In this document: in pieces, positions 26,898 through 32,000 of the stretch
Numbering within the stretch: position 1 is the stretch's first letter
Layout of the letters: every line of letters starts with the position of its first letter
NCBI GenBank assembly: GCA_963704705.1
Contig: OY969931.1
Location: 780,001 to 812,000 of the forward strand
Length of the DNA: 32,000 nt
Direction: 5' to 3'
From: an uncultured bacterium
GTDB taxonomy: Bacteria; Patescibacteriota; Gracilibacteria; UBA1369; PNNO01
Program-made: the position numbers and the translations under genes
The notes under the pieces: model-generated
The model's database searches: none
What the model was told of the DNA's origin: nothing
What the model saw: the letters and a program-made list of their open reading frames with translations, nothing else

Positions 26898-29800
26898 TTA
26901 CTCAATCGGCCATTTAGGTATTAATTCATCAATTTCTTTCATAACTCTTATTGTCTCCCTTAAAGATACAACAATTTTCATATAATGAACTAAATCGTCA
27001 ACCGACAAACACCTATCTGCTTTTTTTCTATCTTTTAACCACTTTTCCAAAACCTGATAGCCTCCTATCATAAATTCCCAAACTTCAAGCTCAATACCTT
27101 CAAAATATTGACCTGAATTTACATAAACACGTTTTTCAGTTGGTTCGTACTCTACTTTTTCAATCTTCCAATCCTCAATATTTTCTGGTTTTTTACCTCC
27201 CGTTATAACATTCCACTTTGAATTATCATCAAAAATAGTACTAGAATCATCAAATGGATTTTCACCAAGAAGATGCAAATTAACAAGTTCCTTACCCTTT
27301 TTTACTAAATTTTTAAATAATTTCTTATCTTTAATTAATGGAATACGTGGAAAATCAATTTTTAATTGTTCAGCATAACGATTCCTGTAAGTTGGGCAAT
27401 GTAAAATAGCATAAATATAATAAAAAATATCTTCTGATCCAAAAGTTTTAGATAAATCGCCAGGTCCATTTCCAATGTATTTCATATAAAGTCTTTTAGA
27501 AAATTCACTTATAAATTTGTTATTTAAATTTGACTTAAATTCTTTTTCATTAAGAATGTTTGATTGAATATTTTCTATTTCAGGATATATATAAATAGGA
27601 AAAATATAATTTTGATCAGAAATAATATGTATATCAGCTAAAGATTTAACTAGAAAAGAATGATGGAAACTATCTCCAGGTATAAGTCTAGTGGTAACCA
27701 ATGCAAAATTTAATTTCAACAAATTACGCATTGTTTTATAACCCGGCGTGCCGACAAATCCTCTAGTTTTACCACTATACCAAATTTTTCTAATATCAAA
27801 AGGTCTGTATGAAATATCAAAAATTAAATTATCGTCATCTCTATGCTCTAATGTATCATTTTTTGCGTTATCAATCTTCCAGTCTCTACTATCTTTTTCT
27901 AAATTGTATTTTTTCTTTAATTCATCTTCAGTTAGTTCTCGAAAATCATTTAGTGTGTTTGTTAATTCTTTTTTATCAAAATGAATACAAATACCATCTC
28001 GTTCTGTTTTTACACCGCTTCCATATTCGTGAAAAATATCTTGGACACCCCAAAAATCACCATACTCAACAATTTTGTCACTAGAATCATCAGCATTGGG
28101 GACAAAAAAGTTCAGCTTTCCCAAAAATTCACTCCATTTTGTTGATAAAAATGCAGAATTAAAATTTTTATAGTCAATTTCTATCCAATTTAACTTATTA
28201 AATCTATTATCCAGCCATTCATATTTATATTTTTTCAACCCCCATAAATCAAAATAACATAAATTACATGGTTCATTATTATCATTTTTTTTAATAAAAA
28301 AATTAATTGAAACTCCGGTTTGAATATTAAATACATTCTCATCCGTGCTCCCATCAGTGCATACTTCACCTTTTCGGCTATTCCCATGTAAATTTAAGAT
28401 ATAAATTTCATTAAATTCATTTAATAATTCTCCCCTCATTCTTCTGTGAGTAATTCCATCAATAAATGAATTAGATGTAATCATAGCAAATATTCCTTGT
28501 CCCGATTTGTGTAATTTCCACTGCGCAAACCTAATAAATTTAATGTAATCATCATCAATATTAATTTTCTTTTCATTTAAATTCTTTTTGTAATCTTTTA
28601 ATAAATCTAAAATCCAAGGCTGTTTATTCATCATACCAAAATTACTATAAGGAGGATTACCTATTATTGCTAAAACTTCTTTATTGTTTTTTATATCTCT
28701 TGCAGATTCACTTTCTTTAGATATTGATTCAAAACCAAATAAATCTATTTTGGGATTTTCTGGATTATCTAAACTGTTTGCTAAAAATACTTGAAAGCGA
28801 TCATTTGTAGGATCTTCATCTTCGTAAGTTTTGTTAAAATCAAACCCAAGCCGCTCAATTTCAAGAGCAAGTTTTAAATGAGCAATGGCATAAGGTGCAA
28901 CTAATAATTCGAAACCATAAAAATGTTTTAATATGTGCTTTAAAACTTTATCTGTAAACTTCTTTTTAACAATATCTTCACCTAATGCACCATTTTTCTT
29001 TTTAATTCTTTCATGAACCTGTTGAATAGCTGACATTAAAAAAGTGCCTGTTCCGGCTGCAGGATCAAGTATATTAACTTCTTCATTTGCCAATCCATCT
29101 TCTTTATTAAATTTTGTTTTCTAATAAATAATCCACACTCCTAACAATTAGATCCACTATAGGCTTTGGGGTATAATAAACCCCCCTCGCTTCCCTTTCT
29201 TTTGGATCATATTCCTTCAAAAACGGCTCATAAAACTGTATTACAGGATCTTCGTTTACTTTATGGTCTACTAATTTATGCCGAATTTTATCAAGTTTTT
29301 AATTATTTAATTGATCTACAAGAGCTTCTGTAGCCTGATGAATAGAAGGAAATATTGACGAAACTCTTTTAACAAGATCATATAAATCCTTAAGAATAGG
29401 CACATTCTTTGGTAAAAAATCTATTGCTGTTGTAAGGGTGAAAGAGGAATCGGGGTGTTTTTCAGTATATTCTAGTGACGCTAAGAATAAAGAATACGCT
29501 AATGTTTCCGCAACCATATTAGCAAATTGGTGTTCATCAATATTTTGTATTAATGTTTCGGAAAAAGTTTTCTTTAATCTGTGCAATTCTGTGAATCTTC
29601 ATCTTCTTTATTAAAATTTTCTTCAACTTGTTGACTTAAAAGTTTAGTTTTTCTTGCAAGTGCCAATGCTAATTGTTTCCGAGTTTTTGCATCATAAGCT
29701 TGACCCAATAAAAATTTAACCAATAAAAGATCCAAATTTTTCTCAGAACCCTCGGTATAATCTCTAATATCAAAAGTTAATTCTTCAATCTTTTTTGCAT

Positions 29801-30167
29801 TACCATCAGAATCCCATTGCCATAACTCCCATTGCCTGAAATTAGTAAAAATAATATTTTCAAGACTATCTTTGTATTTTTTGAAGCTGACTTCAAAATT
29901 ACTATCCTAAATCATCAATGGCGATTTAACTTCAATCCACCCAACCAATCTATTTCCGTCTCTTATAGTAATATCAGGAAATCCAACTTTATCTTCATGC
30001 TGAGTGCTGCTTTCCTCTGCAGTTGCAGAAATATGATCATTTTTCTTATCATTCTCTTTAAAGAAGTTTTTCAAAAATTCACAAAAAGGTGGGTAATAAG
30101 TTCTTTCAGTGCCAATATCTTTAATTTTTTTAATTTCCTGTTGAAATTGTTGTAAAGAATTCATCAA
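26898..30167 (-). pseudogene. type ISP / IIG restriction-modification enzyme, fragmented
   Basis: Fragments on the minus strand: 29907-30167 (GFPDITIRDGNRLVGWIEVKSP nuclease, then TAG), off-frame NFRQWELWLQWDSDGNAKKIEELTF (~29800-29870), 29299-29586, off-frame DPVIQFYEPFLKEYDPKEREARGVYYTPKPIVDLIVRSVDYLL (~29120-29260), then 26898-29093 with NILDPAAGTGTFL and IGNPPYSNF. Confidence 0.85.
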
Positions 30168-30363
30168 ATATAATAAATATAAAACATTTCATTTATATCA
30201 CGAAAAACTTATATGCTCAATTTATTGAATGATTATTTAATATGTTCTTTTATTTTCTTTTTCAATTTCTGAACACTTCTATTATTTACTAATTTTTGAC
30301 CTATACTAAGTAATTCATAATAAACAGCATCTTTCTCTGCAGAGCTTTTCTTTCGCGAATACT

Positions 30364-30891
30364 TTATCCCAAAATTACAAACTTTGTTTCTTTGGATTTA
30401 CGCGAAGTATCATAATGCGCTCCACCGAGTTTATTACAAACATATTTAATAACATCTTCAGGATAAATAATCTGACCATGAATAATAAAACTAGGTTGTT
30501 TCAAATATTCACTAAGCTTTATAGGCCTATTTTTCTGTTTCTTACTTAGCTTATACATTTTTTTTGCTTCTTCATTTGAAGTTTCTTTATTTAATTCTTG
30601 AAATTTGGAAATTTTAAGACCTTTATATTTTGCTCCACCAGCTTGATAAAAAGTAGTATTTCCAACGGAATCTAAACTATCTTTTCTATTAGAATCATGA
30701 AGAAGAATCTTGATTTCAATATTCATCATTTTTGCCGCCTTCAATAATTTCCCATAAACAATTAAATTTCTAAGGACATTACTTGATCTTCGTAGAGAAT
30801 CATCAGCAATAACTTGATTCCATTCTTTGGTGATATATTCAATATCCTCAGCAACAAGTTGCAACAAATCATTGTCCATATTTAAAACCAT
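30364..30891 (-). CDS. hypothetical protein
   Basis: 175-aa ORF, no recognised motif. Confidence 0.6.
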   Translation of the reverse strand: MVLNMDNDLLQLVAEDIEYITKEWNQVIADDSLRRSSNVLRNLIVYGKLLKAAKMMNIEIKILLHDSNRKDSLDSVGNTTFYQAGGAKYKGLKISKFQELNKETSNEEAKKMYKLSKKQKNRPIKLSEYLKQPSFIIHGQIIYPEDVIKYVCNKLGGAHYDTSRKSKETKFVILG

Positions 30892-30945
30892 ATATTTATA
30901 CTTAATTTTACTAAAACAGAGGCATAAGAGTTCACCTAACTAATA

Positions 30946-31059
30946 TTAATTAGGTGTGGATTTCCGGTGTCGCGGTACACGAACCGTCTTTCCACTAGGC
31001 AAGCGTTTAGTATACGGTTTCACCGGTACTATTTTCTTACCTTTGGCTGTTTTAGCCAT
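30946..31059 (-). CDS. 37-aa very basic small protein
   Basis: MAKTAKGKKIVPVKPYTKRLPSGKTVRVPRHRKSTPN; ATG at 31057-31059 inside the longer 30946..31137 ORF. Confidence 0.55.
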   Translation of the reverse strand: MAKTAKGKKIVPVKPYTKRLPSGKTVRVPRHRKSTPN

Positions 31060-31222
31060 AGTAGAATGGGTTAAGAATAATAATGAGCGTAGGTTTAGTG
31101 TACGCCCAAGTTCAGCTACTACTTTTGTAATAACCAAACGGGGCGACTAAACTCTAGCCATTAATTCAACCCATTCTTTTGGGCTCAACCTTGCTTATGC
31201 CTCCATTTCAAAGAGCTAAAAA

Positions 31223-31249
31223 TTAGCACTTGGTATTATAGAGTGCTAA
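31223..31249. promoter_or_regulatory. CIRCE element (HrcA operator)
   Basis: TTAGCACTT-N9-GAGTGCTAA versus consensus TTAGCACTC-N9-GAGTGCTAA; one mismatch, exact 9-nt spacer. Confidence 0.9.
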
Positions 31250-31262
31250 TTTAAAAAGTCAA
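31235..31262 (-). promoter_or_regulatory. leftward sigma-70 promoter overlapping CIRCE
   Basis: Minus strand TTGACT (31257-31262), 16-bp spacer, TATAAT (31235-31240). Confidence 0.75.
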
Positions 31263-31293
31263 TTATAATTTGTGTTAAAATAAATTATAATTC

Positions 31294-31380
31294 GGCTATC
31301 CACCGGATCAACAAAAGCTCGCTACTGAAAACATATTGAAACAGGCAGAGCTACTTGCTGATGAATGGGTGGAGAAATAA
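31294..31380 (+). pseudogene. C-terminal remnant of a type I restriction HsdR subunit
   Basis: In-frame GYPPDQQKLATENILKQAELLADEWVEK* resembles the HsdR C-terminal end; no upstream coding context. Confidence 0.55.
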
Positions 31381-31730
31381 ATAGAAGTTGCCAACGTTAA
31401 AAAAGCGATTCCAATAGAAATTATCGCAACAATCATAGATTTTTTACTAAAACTCTCGTGCTTCTTGTAATTCAATATATTCTAAATAATTAAAATACGC
31501 ACCCGGTGTTACACGGATACCTATTTCACCATGGGTTTCATAAGGATTAACATCAAAAACATAAATGATAACGAAATTAAATCATCATAATCGTTTATTT
31601 TTTTATTTTTATCATAATTAAAACCTTTAGATATCAAATATTCATATAACTCATCAAATTTGATACCCTTATTTACATTTTCAACTGCATATTCTAAAAC
31701 TGTTATATAAAGGTCCTTGTCGTTTTTCAT
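31351..31730 (-). pseudogene. frameshifted small gene with C-terminal transmembrane segment
   Basis: Three frames give a coherent product: MKNDKDLYITVLEYAVENVNKGIKFDELYEYLISKG... / IIYVFDVNPYETHGEIGIRVTPGAYFNYLEYIELQEAR / SFSKKSMIVAIISIGIAFFNVGNFYLFLHPF. Confidence 0.5.
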
Positions 31731-31749
31731 TTTTCATTATTATTTATAT

Positions 31750-32000
31750 CTACTTCTCAAACTTTTCAAATACCTGCCTTATCAAAAACATGGCATAAGC
31801 AATATCATCATTTGAATGAACATCAAAAAGAGTAATGTGCTTATTATAATATTTATAGCTATTTTTCATATAACGTGCTCTTTTCTCGGGGTCTTTTAAA
31901 TCTTTGGGCTGAGTTCTATTTAAACCTACTTCAACTTTTGACTTATAAATTCTTAAGCTTACTACAACAGATTTCCCTATTTTATAACCTATATATTGCT
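31750..32000 (-). CDS. partial hypothetical protein continuing beyond the window
   Basis: Open frame from the right edge: QYIGYKIGKSVVVSLRIYKSKVEVGLNRTQPKDLKDPEKRARYMKNSYKYYNKHITLFDVHSNDDIAYAMFLIRQVFEKFEK*. Confidence 0.55.
   Translation of the reverse strand, partial: QYIGYKIGKSVVVSLRIYKSKVEVGLNRTQPKDLKDPEKRARYMKNSYKYYNKHITLFDVHSNDDIAYAMFLIRQVFEKFEK

Noticed and set aside
27748-28084. Plus-strand ORFs 27748..27984 and 27809..28084
   Set aside because: Antisense to the well-supported methylase coding sequence; low-complexity Ser/Leu/Phe-rich translations.
31147-31188. 14-codon ORF (TTG start, LSPKEWVELMARV) as a functional leader peptide
   Set aside because: Too short to support as a gene; could be a remnant. 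Mentioned only in the CIRCE finding.

Overview
AT-rich bacterial chromosomal window, probably from a CPR/Patescibacteria-type genome (inferred from 16S signature changes; standard code, no UGA recoding needed). Left part (1-18.6 kb) is mostly ordinary: the end of a tRNA gene, a small membrane-protein ORF in the 16S-tRNA spacer and a full 16S rRNA (all minus strand), ClpP, a RimK-like ATP-grasp ligase, a NifU-like scaffold with BFD domain plus NifS/IscS, tRNA-Leu(UAA), MsrB-MsrA fusion, DUF4342/Smr/DUF1624 genes, an IF-2B-like protein, an ArsB/NhaD transporter, a trypsin-like protease with SLH domains, a strikingly GC-rich lipoprotein gene, an M23 peptidase and a divergent sigma-70-like protein. 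The right part (18.7-32 kb) is accessory: intergenic repeat elements with ~54-bp units beginning CCCGGG, HicA-like and RelE/YafQ-like toxin modules, a frameshifted tandem inositol-monophosphatase gene, a BRO/DinD-like gene behind a consensus promoter whose 17-bp spacer is filled by a perfect palindrome, a tight four-gene operon (Cas4-like/DEDD dual nuclease DUF2779, GHKL ATPase, STAS-like DUF4325, small helical protein) that is the best candidate for an unusual system, a decayed type ISP/IIG restriction-modification gene, an HsdR C-terminal remnant, and a CIRCE element overlapping a leftward promoter. All family names come from motif recognition by eye; no database search was run.
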